DNA of 63,999 nt, counting the filler, from an uncultured bacterium (lineage in GTDB: Bacteria > CAZSTA01): NCBI GenBank assembly GCA_964609495.1. It is 6 parts of 6 records of this genome, joined end to end, with 100 filler letters (N's around TTAATTAATTAA, not from the genome) between each part and the next. Parts side by side here need not be neighbours in the genome. Positions count along the whole stretch, not along the records: positions 1 to 11,640 come from CAZSTA010000111.1; positions 11,741 to 23,298 come from CAZSTA010000112.1; 4 more parts are not named here. One strand, given 5' to 3'. Positions within the stretch are counted from its first letter, which is position 1, and every line of letters begins with the position of its first letter. The position numbers and the translations under genes were made by a program. The notes below the pieces were generated by a model, which was given only the letters and a program-made list of their open reading frames with translations, searched no databases and was not told the origin of the DNA. Below, piece by piece: positions 8,683-18,840 of this stretch.

Positions 8683-10887
8683 TTGGAAGAAATTCCCATC
8701 ACCGAAAGGGTGATCTTAGAACATAATCTAACGCTTTCAGAATATGAGGAGATCAAGAGGATACTGAATCGAGAGCCCAATTTCACTGAGTTGGGGATCT
8801 TTTCCGTTATGTGGTCCGAACATTGCAGTTATAAAAGCTCTCGCCCTTTACTCAAGCTATTTCCTACCGAGGGGGAACGCATCTTGCAGGGACCAGGGGA
8901 GAACGCGGGAGTTATAGATATCGGAGATGGACTGGCGGTGGTGATGAAGATCGAGTCGCACAATCATCCCTCTTATATCGAGCCCTATCAAGGAGCGGCG
9001 ACTGGAGTGGGAGGGATCATACGTGATATCTTCACGATGGGGGCTCGTCCTATAGCTGGGCTTAACTCTCTGCGATTTGGACCTCTTGATGAACCTAAGA
9101 ATAGATATTTATTCTCTCGGGTTGTAGCGGGAATCGCTGGATATGCTAACTGTTTAGGTTTGCCAACCGTCGCTGGGGAGGTGAACTTCTCCGATTCTTA
9201 TAACGGCAATCCCCTAGTAAATGTGATGTGCGTGGGATTGGTGAAGAAGGATCGAATCTTCAAGGGGAGGGCGGGAGGAGTGGGAAACTCCGTTATGTAT
9301 GTTGGAGCTAGAACCGGTCGAGATGGGATTCACGGGGCGACCATGGCCTCCGAGGAGTTCGGTGAAGGATCGGAGGAGAGACGTCCAACTGTGCAAGTGG
9401 GTGATCCCTTCACGGAAAAGGTTTTAATCGAAGCCTGCCTAGAGGTGTTGGAGAAGGATTGTATAGTCGGTATTCAAGATATGGGAGCGGCAGGATTAAC
9501 TTGTTCCTCCTGTGAAATGGCGAGCAGAGGCGATTGTGGAATCGAGATCGATCTTTCCTTAGTGCCTCGAAGGGAGGAGGGAATGATTCCTTACGAGATA
9601 ATGCTCTCTGAATCGCAGGAGCGAATGTTGATGGTTGTGCAGAAGGGACGAGAGGAGGAGGTAAAAGAGGTCTTCGCCAAGTGGGATCTTCAAGCGGTCG
9701 TGATCGGCAGGGTTACCAACGATAAGATGCTACGCGTCAAGGACGGGGGAAGGACCGTCGCTGAGATGCCAGCCAAATCTTTAGCTGACGATGCTCCGTT
9801 CTATAATCGTCCTTCCACAAAGCCGGCTTATATAGATAAAGTCCAGAGACTTGATATCTTTATCCCGGAGCCAGCGGATTATAATGAGGTATTGCTGAAG
9901 CTCATATCCTCTCCGAACATAGCCAGCAAGAGTTGGGTATATGAGCAATATGATAATATGGTGCAGACGAATACGGTGGAAGGACCTGGGGCTGAAGCCG
10001 CGGTAGTTAGAGTCAAGGGAACTAAGAAGGCTCTGGGGTTGACCACTGATGGAAATGGAAGATATTGTTACCTCGATCCCCATCTGGGGGGGCAGATCGC
10101 GGTCGCGGAGGCGGCTAGGAATCTCTCCTGCACAGGTGCGACTCCTATAGCAGTTACCGATTGTCTCAACTTCGGCAATCCTGAGAAGCCAGAGTCCTTT
10201 TGGCAATTTGAAGGGGTAGTTAAAGGGATCAGTCTCGCTTGTGAGAAGTTCGCCACCCCGATTGTAGGGGGTAATGTCAGCTTTTATAACGAGACCGAAG
10301 GAGAGGCGATATATCCGACTCCCGTGATCGGAATGCTGGGGCTGATCGAAGATATAGAGCATCGCTGTTATAACGCGTTCGAGCAGGAAGGAGATATAGT
10401 AGTCCTTCTAGGAGAGACGAAGGAGGAATTGGGGGGGAGCGAGTACTTAGAGCGAATCCATTCCCTAGTTAAAGGAAAACCTCCCAAGTTGGATATCGAT
10501 CTGGAACTAAGGGTCCAAGCGTGTTGTCGAGAGGCTATTGCGAATGATCTTCTCAACTCAGCTTGCGATTGCTCGGAGGGAGGGCTAGCGATTGCGATCG
10601 CAGAGAGTTGTATCAGAGGAGATAGGGGAGCCAAGATCGAACTATCAACCGACTCTATCCGAAAGGATGCGCTTCTATTCGGGGAGTCGCAGAGCAGGAT
10701 AGTAGTCTCATTATCATCAGAGAAATTAGAATCTCTTATTGAATTAGCGAGGAAACATGATATCTCCTTAGAAGTTATAGGAAGAATCGAAGGGGATAGT
10801 TTAAATATAGATTCATTGGTGGATATACCAGTCAGGGAATTGACTGAGAAGTGGGGAGGAGTTATAAAATGCCTGATGGAAATATGA
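8683..10887 (+). CDS. purL: FGAM synthase subunit PurL
   Basis: [33 protein letters not shown] motifs. Confidence 0.97.
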   Translation: MEEIPITERVILEHNLTLSEYEEIKRILNREPNFTELGIFSVMWSEHCSYKSSRPLLKLFPTEGERILQGPGENAGVIDIGDGLAVVMKIESHNHPSYIEPYQGAATGVGGIIRDIFTMGARPIAGLNSLRFGPLDEPKNRYLFSRVVAGIAGYANCLGLPTVAGEVNFSDSYNGNPLVNVMCVGLVKKDRIFKGRAGGVGNSVMYVGARTGRDGIHGATMASEEFGEGSEERRPTVQVGDPFTEKVLIEACLEVLEKDCIVGIQDMGAAGLTCSSCEMASRGDCGIEIDLSLVPRREEGMIPYEIMLSESQERMLMVVQKGREEEVKEVFAKWDLQAVVIGRVTNDKMLRVKDGGRTVAEMPAKSLADDAPFYNRPSTKPAYIDKVQRLDIFIPEPADYNEVLLKLISSPNIASKSWVYEQYDNMVQTNTVEGPGAEAAVVRVKGTKKALGLTTDGNGRYCYLDPHLGGQIAVAEAARNLSCTGATPIAVTDCLNFGNPEKPESFWQFEGVVKGISLACEKFATPIVGGNVSFYNETEGEAIYPTPVIGMLGLIEDIEHRCYNAFEQEGDIVVLLGETKEELGGSEYLERIHSLVKGKPPKLDIDLELRVQACCREAIANDLLNSACDCSEGGLAIAIAESCIRGDRGAKIELSTDSIRKDALLFGESQSRIVVSLSSEKLESLIELARKHDISLEVIGRIEGDSLNIDSLVDIPVRELTEKWGGVIKCLMEI

Positions 10888-11640
10888 GGTTTATAGCGGA
10901 TAAACCGGAGGCGGAATGCGGCATCTTCGGGATATACAACAGGGGAGAAGATGTCGCAGAATTGATCTATCTCGGCCTCTTCTCCCTCCAACATCGAGGG
11001 CAGGAGAGCGCTGGCATAGCGGTATCTGACGGACGACAGATCAGGATGCATAAGGGGATGGGATTAGTATCCACGGTATTTCCCCCTGAGCAGTTAAAAG
11101 ACTTGCCTGGCTCTATCGGTATCGGTCATGTTCGCTACTCCACAACTGGGTCGAATTATATCGATAATGCCCAACCGATCTCTGTCAAGCAACTCAGGAG
11201 ATCTATCGCCCTAGCGCATAATGGAAATCTTATAAATGCTAACCAGTTGCGCTGGAATCTGGAAGAGCAGGGGGCGATCTTTCAGTCAACCTCCGATAGC
11301 GAGGTGATAATGCATCTTCTAACTAACTCAAGGGAGGAGACGATCGAGGGGGCTTTGACGGAATGTATGTCGATCCTCAGAGGGGCTTATTCCCTGGTCT
11401 TGATAACGGAGAGGAAGCTCATTGGGATTCGCGATCCCCTGGGTATAAGGCCCCTCTGTCTGGGGAAGAAAGGGGAAAGTTATATCCTAGCTTCGGAGAC
11501 CTGCTCGCTCGATATAATGGATGCGCAGTTCGTCAGAGAAGTAGAGCCTGGGGAGATGGTGATCATTGATGAAGGAGGTTTGCATTCGATTCCGAACCCA
11601 GATCGCAGAAAGCAGGCTTTTTGTATCTTCGAGTTCGTTT
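10884..11640 (+). CDS. purF: Amidophosphoribosyltransferase (3' truncated by contig end)
   Basis: Propeptide then CGIFG, LQHRGQE, GHVRYST, HNGN; ATGA overlap with the purL stop. Confidence 0.95.
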
Positions 11641-11740
11641 NNNNNNNNNNNNNNNNNNNNNNNNNNNNNNNNNNNNNNNNNNNNTTAATTAATTAANNNN
11701 NNNNNNNNNNNNNNNNNNNNNNNNNNNNNNNNNNNNNNNN
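11641..11740. other. Artificial contig linker
   Basis: N44-TTAATTAATTAA-N44. Confidence 0.98.
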
Positions 11741-11833
11741 CTTGGACATAACTATATCATTATATACTGTTATTGTCAAGTATCAATGAGTAGCTATTCG
11801 ATAGTTTAATCTCAATATGAATATCACTGCGTA

Positions 11834-11862
11834 TTGACATATAGGCTATGAGATGATATAAT
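11834..11862 (+). promoter_or_regulatory. Consensus sigma70 promoter
   Basis: TTGACA-17bp-TATAAT with extended TG; a divergent TTGACA-17-TATAGT lies at 11751-11779 on the minus strand. Confidence 0.8.
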
Positions 11863-11894
11863 AAACTAAACCATAAAGCTAGAGAGGAGATAAT

Positions 11895-12377
11895 ATGGAA
11901 CTAAAAACAGTCGAAATCGAAAAGCCTGAGGAGATGAATTTCATCCTTGGGCAATCGCATTTTATTAAGACCGTGGAGGATATCCATGAAGCTTTAGTAA
12001 ACTGTGTTCCTGGTATAAAGTTCGGCCTAGCCTTCTGCGAATCCTCAGGACCATGCTTAGTTAGATTCAGCGGGACTGATGAGGAGCTTACGGAATTAGC
12101 TAAGAAGAACGCCTATTCTATAGCGGCAGGACATACCTTTATAATCTTCTTAGGAAATGCTTATCCCGTAAATGTATTAAATGCGGTGAAAAATGTGCCT
12201 GAGGTATGTGGTATCTATTGTGCGACTGCTAATGAAGTGGAAGTTGTAATCGCTGAGACGGAGCACGGAAGGGGGGTCTTAGGAGTAATAGATGGAATGA
12301 AGTCGAAGGGGATAGAGACTCAAGAGGATATTGAGGCTAGAAAAGATCTTCTGCGTTCGATAGGATATAAGTTGTAA
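11895..12377 (+). CDS. DUF355 / adenosine-specific kinase family protein
   Basis: NFILGQSHFIKTVED, FCESSG, AAGH, GRGVLGVIDG, IGYK motifs. Confidence 0.9.
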   Translation: MELKTVEIEKPEEMNFILGQSHFIKTVEDIHEALVNCVPGIKFGLAFCESSGPCLVRFSGTDEELTELAKKNAYSIAAGHTFIIFLGNAYPVNVLNAVKNVPEVCGIYCATANEVEVVIAETEHGRGVLGVIDGMKSKGIETQEDIEARKDLLRSIGYKL

Positions 12378-12457
12378 AACCAGAAAGCCATCTAAGAAAA
12401 AGAGAGCTGAGATGACTAGGTAGAAACCACATCGCAATTAAGAAAGGAGATAGAGCA

Positions 12458-13729
12458 GTGATTCAATCCGAATTGCTAAAGAGAATGACGGAGGAGGTAA
12501 ATAAGATCCCGATAGTCGATACTCACGAACATTTGATGTCTGAGGAGGAAAGATTAAAATCTAAGATCGATTTCTTCTATTTCTTCTCTCATTATGCCTC
12601 TTCTGATCTCGTTTCAGCAGGAATGTCGCAGGAGGTGTTGGAGGAGATTCGCAATCCAGATAATCCTTTGGAGGAGCGATGGGAGAAGTTCAAACCTTAT
12701 TGGGAGGATATGAAGAATACCGCATATGGACGAGCGCTTCTCATCGCCGCCAAGGATCTATTCGATGTAGTTGGGATAAACGATTCTACTTGGAGGGAGT
12801 TGAGCGAGAAGGTAACCGAGTCGAATAAGAAGGGTTGGTATAGATATGTCTTGAAGGAGAGGGGCAAGATCAGAGTATCGATCTACGATGCTGGTAAAAC
12901 CTATGCTCAGGTCGATCCAGATTTCTTCGCTCCAGTGATGCGTTTCGATCAATTCGTGACTGCTCGAACCAGAGAAGAGCTTAACGAGTTGGAGAAGCAC
13001 ACAGGTTGTGCTATCCATTCTCTCGATGATATGTTGACCGCTTTAGATAAGGATTTCGAGCGGGTAGTAAAAGAGGGGATAGTAGGGATTAAGACTGGTT
13101 TAGCATATCAGCGAATCTTGCGCTACGATAAAGTCCCTCGCTATTCTGCTGAGAGGTTATTCGATCGCATCTTCACTCATTTAGGAGAGGGAATATCATG
13201 GCAGGAGGCTAAACCCCTACAGGACTTCATAATGCATCAGGTGATCCAGCGAGCTATAGCCTATGGATTGCCGATCCAAATTCATACTGGTTTGCAGGAG
13301 GGAAACGGTAATATCATAACTAACTCCAATCCCACTAACCTGATCAATCTCTTCTTCGATTATAAGGAAGCCAAGTTCGATATCTTTCACGGAAGCTATC
13401 CTTACCAGGGAGAGTTAGCGGTCTTAGCTAAGAACTTCCCCAATGTTTATGTTGATATGTGTTGGCTTCACGTTATTTCTCCGAGCGTATCCAGAAGGGC
13501 TTTGCATGATTGGATCGAGACCGTTCCGGGGAATAAAATCTTTGGTTTTGGGGGCGATTATATCTTTGTTGAGGGAGCTTATGCTCACTCTCGGATGGCT
13601 CGACAAGGGATAGCTAGGGTGCTAGCGGAGAAGATCGAGGAAGGATATTTGGAGGAGGAAGAAGCCCTGCCACTGGCTAAGAAACTTCTGCACGATAATG
13701 CTGCGAAGCTCTTTAAGCTCGAAAAATAA
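12458..13729 (+). CDS. Amidohydrolase-superfamily protein (uronate-isomerase-like)
   Basis: VDTHEH, QIHTG, IFHGSYP, GGD metal-site motifs. Confidence 0.85.
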   Translation: MIQSELLKRMTEEVNKIPIVDTHEHLMSEEERLKSKIDFFYFFSHYASSDLVSAGMSQEVLEEIRNPDNPLEERWEKFKPYWEDMKNTAYGRALLIAAKDLFDVVGINDSTWRELSEKVTESNKKGWYRYVLKERGKIRVSIYDAGKTYAQVDPDFFAPVMRFDQFVTARTREELNELEKHTGCAIHSLDDMLTALDKDFERVVKEGIVGIKTGLAYQRILRYDKVPRYSAERLFDRIFTHLGEGISWQEAKPLQDFIMHQVIQRAIAYGLPIQIHTGLQEGNGNIITNSNPTNLINLFFDYKEAKFDIFHGSYPYQGELAVLAKNFPNVYVDMCWLHVISPSVSRRALHDWIETVPGNKIFGFGGDYIFVEGAYAHSRMARQGIARVLAEKIEEGYLEEEEALPLAKKLLHDNAAKLFKLEK

Positions 13730-13751
13730 ATTGTGTTTATGAAGATCCTGG

Positions 13752-13784
13752 GGCTGTCGGATCTTCAAGTCGGATCCGACAGCC
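13752..13784. repeat. Perfect 12-bp inverted repeat (REP-like or stabilising hairpin)
   Basis: GGCTGTCGGATC-N9-GATCCGACAGCC. Confidence 0.65.
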
Positions 13785-13827
13785 AACCCCTTTAAATTCC
13801 CTAATCTCTACGGAAGGAAGATGAGAT

Positions 13828-15960
13828 ATGTCAAGGCTAAGCATTAGGTTTAAGATTATTTTGGCGATAAGTGTAATATCAATTATCTTTGCCGGTATCT
13901 ATATAATGATACAAGCAGTAAGTGAGATGCAAATAATAGAGTTTTATGTTCGATTCGGGGTAGGGATTCTCATCCTTATATTAATATCATCCTTAGCAAC
14001 AATATGGCAGATTTCCTCTGTTCACAGATTTATGATTCAGGTTAAAAAGGGAGATAAAGATATAGATCCCGATCTGGCACTGAGGGCTAGAACTCAAGCT
14101 GTTTCCTTCCCTTTCAAGATATTTATCCTTATATCAATCTTAGGATTGATTATGGGTATTATAGCAATATTTATTTTATTTCGTCGCTATATTTCTCCGG
14201 GTATTAGCCCCAGTGGTCTTATCTCTAGCATCACTTTCGAGATAGTGATTATAATCACACTAGCTCTCTTTGTGTCCCTTCTTGCTCGCCGCATCCTTCT
14301 GCCGGTGATGGAGCTCACTGCTCCTTATGGAATCGCGGAGAAGGGCTTCCGCGTGAGCTTACGTTTCAAACTGATCCTCTCGATCTTTTGCTTGATCTTT
14401 ATAATAATATTTAGCTTTTACTCTATATCACTTCCTCAAATTCACTATTTTCACAGAGATACAACCTTAAAGTTTGGTATGAGCGTGATAAATAATGTGC
14501 TCAAATACTATCAGACTATTGAAGGTAGCGAAGGGAAGATAAGAGAGGAAAAACTCAGGGATTATTTGAAAGAAGAGAATTTAGAATTTGGAGAAGGAGG
14601 GTATATGACCCTTCTGGATAGGAGGGGGAAGCTAGTAAGAGGGGATAAGAGTATATCTTTTAACCTAGTAGGAAAGAGCGGTATTTTCACAAGTAATGAT
14701 GATAAAACCTGGGTGATTTACCAACTTCTTCCCAATAGTAGCGATCGTTATTTAGCTATAGTATATCCCCCTAAGGAGTTGGCAGAGAATAGGCGTAAAA
14801 TGGCTACTATGTTGGGTATCCTCACTCTAATAATGCTCATAATTGCCACATCTTTGAGTATCCTGATAACTGATGATATCTCCATCCCTTTGCGTAAATT
14901 GATCAATACCGCAGATGCTATATCTAAGGGAGAGTTGCGTCAAAAAGCCTTGGTCTTAACTAATGATGAGGTCGGAGATTTAGCTAGTGAATTGGATGAA
15001 ATGAGGATGAACTTAAATAATCTAGTAATCGCTATGATCAACACCTCCAACGACGTCGCGGCTACCGCAGAGGAGCTTTCCGCTTCCAGTCAGCAGGTAT
15101 CCGCTAGCATAGAGCAGGTTTCCTCCTCCATTCAGCAGATGGCAGAAGGGGCTAATCTCCAATCTGAGCAAATATCCTCTATTATGTCAACCTCAGAGAC
15201 GGTATCTGAAGCCACTACGGAAGTAACCTCGGCAGCGCAGGAGGCGGAAGGGAGAGGTGAACAAATGGCAATTTCCGCCTCGGAGGGAAGGGAATCCTCT
15301 GAAGATGCGGCAAGAAGGATTGATGAGATATCCATTGCTACCGCGGATATGGTTGGGGTAGTGAGCGAGTTAAGAGAGGCTTCACAGCGCATTGGACTGA
15401 TCGTTGAGGCGATAGGTGATATCGCCCGTCAGACGAATATGTTATCCTTTAATGCCTCAATTGAAGCCTCCCACGCAAGAGATTATGGTCGAGGATTCGC
15501 AGTTGTAGCCGAGCAAATTAGGAATCTCTCCCTCCAGACTAGGGAATCAATCGAAGATATCAGGACTCTGGTTGAGGGGGTCCAGCAATCAACGAAAAAT
15601 ACGATAGAGTCGATTGGTCGAGTAGCAGGGGAGATGAATAAAGGGCGAGGGGTAGTTGATTCGGCAGGAGAGAAGCTATACCAGATCGCCGATTCGATAG
15701 AGGCTAGCGCATCTCTAATGCAGAGTATCTTTAAAGCTGTGGCTTCTCAGAGACAACAGATAAATAACCTAGTTGATGCTATAAGAGGGGTGGCGGCGAT
15801 AGCTGAGGAGAATGCAGCTAGTTCGGAGGAGATAATAGCGGCAGTTCAGGAGCAGACCGCTTCTATACAGGAGATGACTTCCTCTAGCCAGAGTTTAGCG
15901 AATCTAGCTGAGAAGATGAGAGATTTGATAGGAAGGTTTAAAGTGGATGAGAAGGGATAG
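13828..15960 (+). CDS. Methyl-accepting chemotaxis protein (multi-TM N-terminus, HAMP)
   Basis: HAMP NDEVGDLA motif; QTNMLSFNASIEASHARDYGRGFAVVAEQI tip. Confidence 0.92.
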   Translation: MSRLSIRFKIILAISVISIIFAGIYIMIQAVSEMQIIEFYVRFGVGILILILISSLATIWQISSVHRFMIQVKKGDKDIDPDLALRARTQAVSFPFKIFILISILGLIMGIIAIFILFRRYISPGISPSGLISSITFEIVIIITLALFVSLLARRILLPVMELTAPYGIAEKGFRVSLRFKLILSIFCLIFIIIFSFYSISLPQIHYFHRDTTLKFGMSVINNVLKYYQTIEGSEGKIREEKLRDYLKEENLEFGEGGYMTLLDRRGKLVRGDKSISFNLVGKSGIFTSNDDKTWVIYQLLPNSSDRYLAIVYPPKELAENRRKMATMLGILTLIMLIIATSLSILITDDISIPLRKLINTADAISKGELRQKALVLTNDEVGDLASELDEMRMNLNNLVIAMINTSNDVAATAEELSASSQQVSASIEQVSSSIQQMAEGANLQSEQISSIMSTSETVSEATTEVTSAAQEAEGRGEQMAISASEGRESSEDAARRIDEISIATADMVGVVSELREASQRIGLIVEAIGDIARQTNMLSFNASIEASHARDYGRGFAVVAEQIRNLSLQTRESIEDIRTLVEGVQQSTKNTIESIGRVAGEMNKGRGVVDSAGEKLYQIADSIEASASLMQSIFKAVASQRQQINNLVDAIRGVAAIAEENAASSEEIIAAVQEQTASIQEMTSSSQSLANLAEKMRDLIGRFKVDEKG

Positions 15961-15996
15961 TATCTAAGCTAAGTCTCCAGATGAGATGAAGGGGGG

Positions 15997-17439
15997 ATGA
16001 AGATCGTGAAGAGATTGCATAAGCTAACCAGTAGCATAAGACAGGATAAGAACCTAACAGCTTCCAGTCGGCAAAGATCAGCCCTACCGACCTCCGTATT
16101 TTTCTTGGCTTTGATAATATTGGTTTTACAATCCTCTATTATGTGCGCACTGCCAGCGCCGCCTCAAGATTCGGGAAAAGTCTATTATGTTTCACCTTCA
16201 GGTAGCGACTCCGATCCTGGCACTGAGTCTCAGCCGTGGCGGACGATTCACAAGGCGGCTGAAGTAGTAGAAGCGGGGGACACGGTAATCATCAAGGACG
16301 GTGTTTATTCTGACGGGATTGAAATCACCAAAATCGGGACAGAGGCTGAACCTATCGTCTTCCGCGCCGAAGGCAGGGGGGCGATTATCGAAGGTAGCGG
16401 CGATAAACGAGATGCTTTCTTCATTAATGGTTTTGACATCAACGAAGAATGGTGGGAAGGTGGCGATATGTATATAGTGGTTGAGGGCTTGACCATCCAG
16501 AATGCTCAGCGAGCCGCTATTCGGATCAGTTGTGCCCACCATGTTACCATCCGCAACTGTATCTTGAAGGATAATGGGACCTGGGGTATCTTTACTGACT
16601 ATTCTGATTACTCGCTTCTTGAGCGCAATGAATGCCGAGGCTCACGAGAGGAGCATGGTATATACGTCAGTAACAGCAGTGATTATCCTATAATAAGAGA
16701 AAATACCGTCTATGATAATGCTGGTTGTGGCATCCAAATAAATGCTGATCCAGCGATGGAAGAGGGCGATGGCATTACTACTGGCGCACTGGTCGAGAGG
16801 AATATCATCTACCGTAATGGTCAAAATGGTGGTGCCGCTATCAATCTGGCCTCGGTGCGCGATTCGATCATTAGAAATAACCTTATTTATAATAACTATG
16901 CGGGTGGCATTGCTGGCTGGGGTGATGGCAACGGGCCAGCCTGGGGTTGTAAAAATAACAAGATTTATAATAATACCATCTATTTTGCGAGTGGTGAGGG
17001 CCGTTGGGCAATCTCACTTAAAGAGGGCAGTAGCGGTTGTAACATCCGTAATAACATCCTTTGTGGTGGTCGTAGAGGTGCATTCGAGCATAGTAGCGAT
17101 TCGCTAGTTGGACTGTCGATGGACTACAATGTGCTCTACAGCGCCGATCTCGATTCAGTCGTCACCAATGAAGATACGGACGTTTGGTATGCACTCAGCG
17201 AATGGCAGACCGCCTCTGGACAGGATAGCCATTCATTCACCGTCGGTCCAGAGGCGATTTTTGTCAATCATATAAAAGCTGATTTCCATCTGCGGACTGG
17301 TTCCCCTTGCATTGATGCAGGTGATCCAGCACCTGAGTATAACGATCCAGATGGCACTCGCAACGATATGGGCGCTTACGGCGGGTCATCTCAAGCTTCT
17401 ATGTCCACACCTGTTAAGAAGAAAGGAGGTGAAATCTAA
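15997..17439 (+). CDS. Secreted right-handed parallel beta-helix protein (pectin-lyase-like fold)
   Basis: YYVSPSGSD..PG..QPWRTI, repeated I.NN.IY.N, C-terminal DFHL..GSPCIDAG..DMGAYG; start codon uncertain. Confidence 0.85.
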   Translation: MKIVKRLHKLTSSIRQDKNLTASSRQRSALPTSVFFLALIILVLQSSIMCALPAPPQDSGKVYYVSPSGSDSDPGTESQPWRTIHKAAEVVEAGDTVIIKDGVYSDGIEITKIGTEAEPIVFRAEGRGAIIEGSGDKRDAFFINGFDINEEWWEGGDMYIVVEGLTIQNAQRAAIRISCAHHVTIRNCILKDNGTWGIFTDYSDYSLLERNECRGSREEHGIYVSNSSDYPIIRENTVYDNAGCGIQINADPAMEEGDGITTGALVERNIIYRNGQNGGAAINLASVRDSIIRNNLIYNNYAGGIAGWGDGNGPAWGCKNNKIYNNTIYFASGEGRWAISLKEGSSGCNIRNNILCGGRRGAFEHSSDSLVGLSMDYNVLYSADLDSVVTNEDTDVWYALSEWQTASGQDSHSFTVGPEAIFVNHIKADFHLRTGSPCIDAGDPAPEYNDPDGTRNDMGAYGGSSQASMSTPVKKKGGEI

Positions 17440-18017
17440 TGGTGCAGGAGATTAATAAGATATCCAGGAGGCAGTTCCTAAAGATAATCGGTGCAGGAGC
17501 GCTGACGTTCGGATTATCCTCTCTATTCCTGGAGGGTTGCGACAACGCAGATGAAATCGTGCAGGGAATGCTTACTACTCTCATCAATGACTACCGACAG
17601 CAACATGGGCTTCCAGTGATCCCGGTTTCCTCGAAGCTAACGACCGTAGCAATAGAGCACGTTATGGATCTCGATCAATACCATCCCGAGAACAATTGTG
17701 GGGGTAACTTGCATAGCTGGTCAAGTCATGGGAGCTGGACAGGCGGCTGCTATGATGGCAACAACTCCTCGACTTGGAGTATTATGTGGGACAAACCTAA
17801 AGAGATCACCGGCTATCCGACTAACGGCTACGAGATTGCCCACTGGTCCAGTGGCAGTGCGACCCCGGAGGGCGCCTTGAACTCGTGGAAAAGTAGCCCT
17901 GCTCATAACGATGTTATCCTCAATCAAGGCGTATGGGCGAACTATCCGTGGAAGGCGCTAGGCGCGTGGGTCGTAGGAAATTATGCTTGTGCGTGGTTCG
18001 GTGAGACCCCGGATTAG
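17439..18017 (+). CDS. Tat-exported lipoprotein with CAP/SCP domain
   Basis: SRRQFLK twin-arginine, LEGC lipobox, INDYR, W..SP.HN CAP motifs. Confidence 0.85.
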   Translation: MVQEINKISRRQFLKIIGAGALTFGLSSLFLEGCDNADEIVQGMLTTLINDYRQQHGLPVIPVSSKLTTVAIEHVMDLDQYHPENNCGGNLHSWSSHGSWTGGCYDGNNSSTWSIMWDKPKEITGYPTNGYEIAHWSSGSATPEGALNSWKSSPAHNDVILNQGVWANYPWKALGAWVVGNYACAWFGETPD

Positions 18018-18020
18018 GGG

Positions 18021-18172
18021 ATGCATATAAGATTGAGGACTTGGGAAATATCGGATATCACTTCTGACTCCTCTACTTGAAGGAGAGAGAGAACTGAAGT
18101 GCAGATGAAGGGATTAATTCTTTCTCTCCTCAAAGGAGGAGTTAGGTATCGGAGTCCCAATTTTATATGCAT
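18021..18172. repeat. About 150-bp imperfect fold-back element (MITE-like)
   Basis: Outer arms ATGCATATAAGATTGAGGACT / AGTCCCAATTTTATATGCAT; inner arms 18064-18093 / 18118-18145. Confidence 0.65.
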
Positions 18173-18190
18173 TCGAGATAAGAGAAGCTC

Positions 18191-18219
18191 TTGATTTTAA
18201 ACGATATTTGTGTTATATT
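18191..18219 (+). promoter_or_regulatory. Probable sigma70 promoter of the AOR cluster
   Basis: TTGATT-17bp-TATATT with extended TG. Confidence 0.5.
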
Positions 18220-18354
18220 TGATAATAGAGAATAATAGCATTTATCTTCATTAGGGGAGGAGGTGAAAAATCTAGTAAACGCAGGGGTTGATCTAAAAGT
18301 TGAGATCAATTCCTACGCATCAGAAGGTAATTTATAGGTAAGGAGGGCTATTCC

Positions 18355-18840
18355 GTGGAGAAATTATTGATAATAGATGAAAGCAAATGCACCGCATGCC
18401 GATTATGTGAATTGGCATGCTCGATGAAACACGAGGGAGAATTTAATCCAGTTAAATCCCGGATAAGCGTTGCGATATTCGGGGAAGAGGATTTCTACCT
18501 CCCGATGACCTGTATGCAATGTGAGGAGCCTTTTTGCGCGGAGATGTGCCCTACCAATGCTCTTGTCAGAGATGAGAAGACAGGTGGGATGGTATTAGTT
18601 GAGGAGCGATGTGTAGGGTGCAGAATGTGTATGATGGCTTGTCCCTTCGGCGCTATCAGTTACACTAGCGGAGAGAAGATAGTAATGCTATGTGACCTTT
18701 GTGATGGAGAGCCAGAATGCGTTATCTTTTGTCCTACAGGGGCTATAACTTATGAGAAGCTTGATACCTCGGCAATAGCTATGAGGAAGAAGATAGCTGG
18801 GAGGCTTCGTGATACCTATAAGAAGGAGGTGCAGTTATAA
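18355..18840 (+). CDS. 4x[4Fe-4S] electron-transfer subunit (AorA/DmsB-like)
   Basis: Four CxxCxxCxxxC-type clusters. Confidence 0.92.
   Translation: MEKLLIIDESKCTACRLCELACSMKHEGEFNPVKSRISVAIFGEEDFYLPMTCMQCEEPFCAEMCPTNALVRDEKTGGMVLVEERCVGCRMCMMACPFGAISYTSGEKIVMLCDLCDGEPECVIFCPTGAITYEKLDTSAIAMRKKIAGRLRDTYKKEVQL

Noticed and set aside
9214-11051. Long antisense ORFs over purL (193 and 227 aa) and similar shadow ORFs throughout the window
   Set aside because: They lie fully opposite or inside well-supported genes and have no recognisable motifs.
10851-11696. ORF-track proteins ending in X...LIN or running into N runs (also 22106, 34603, 46069, 46250, 56406, 57681)
   Set aside because: The extensions are translations of the linker; real genes are truncated by contig ends, not pseudogenes.
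16052-16100. ACCTAAC resembling an attC R'' in the beta-helix gene
   Set aside because: No matching GTTRRRY end or extended palindrome.
18220-18354. Possible Moco/Wco riboswitch upstream of the AOR cluster
   Set aside because: Only one simple hairpin; no recognisable Moco RNA consensus.
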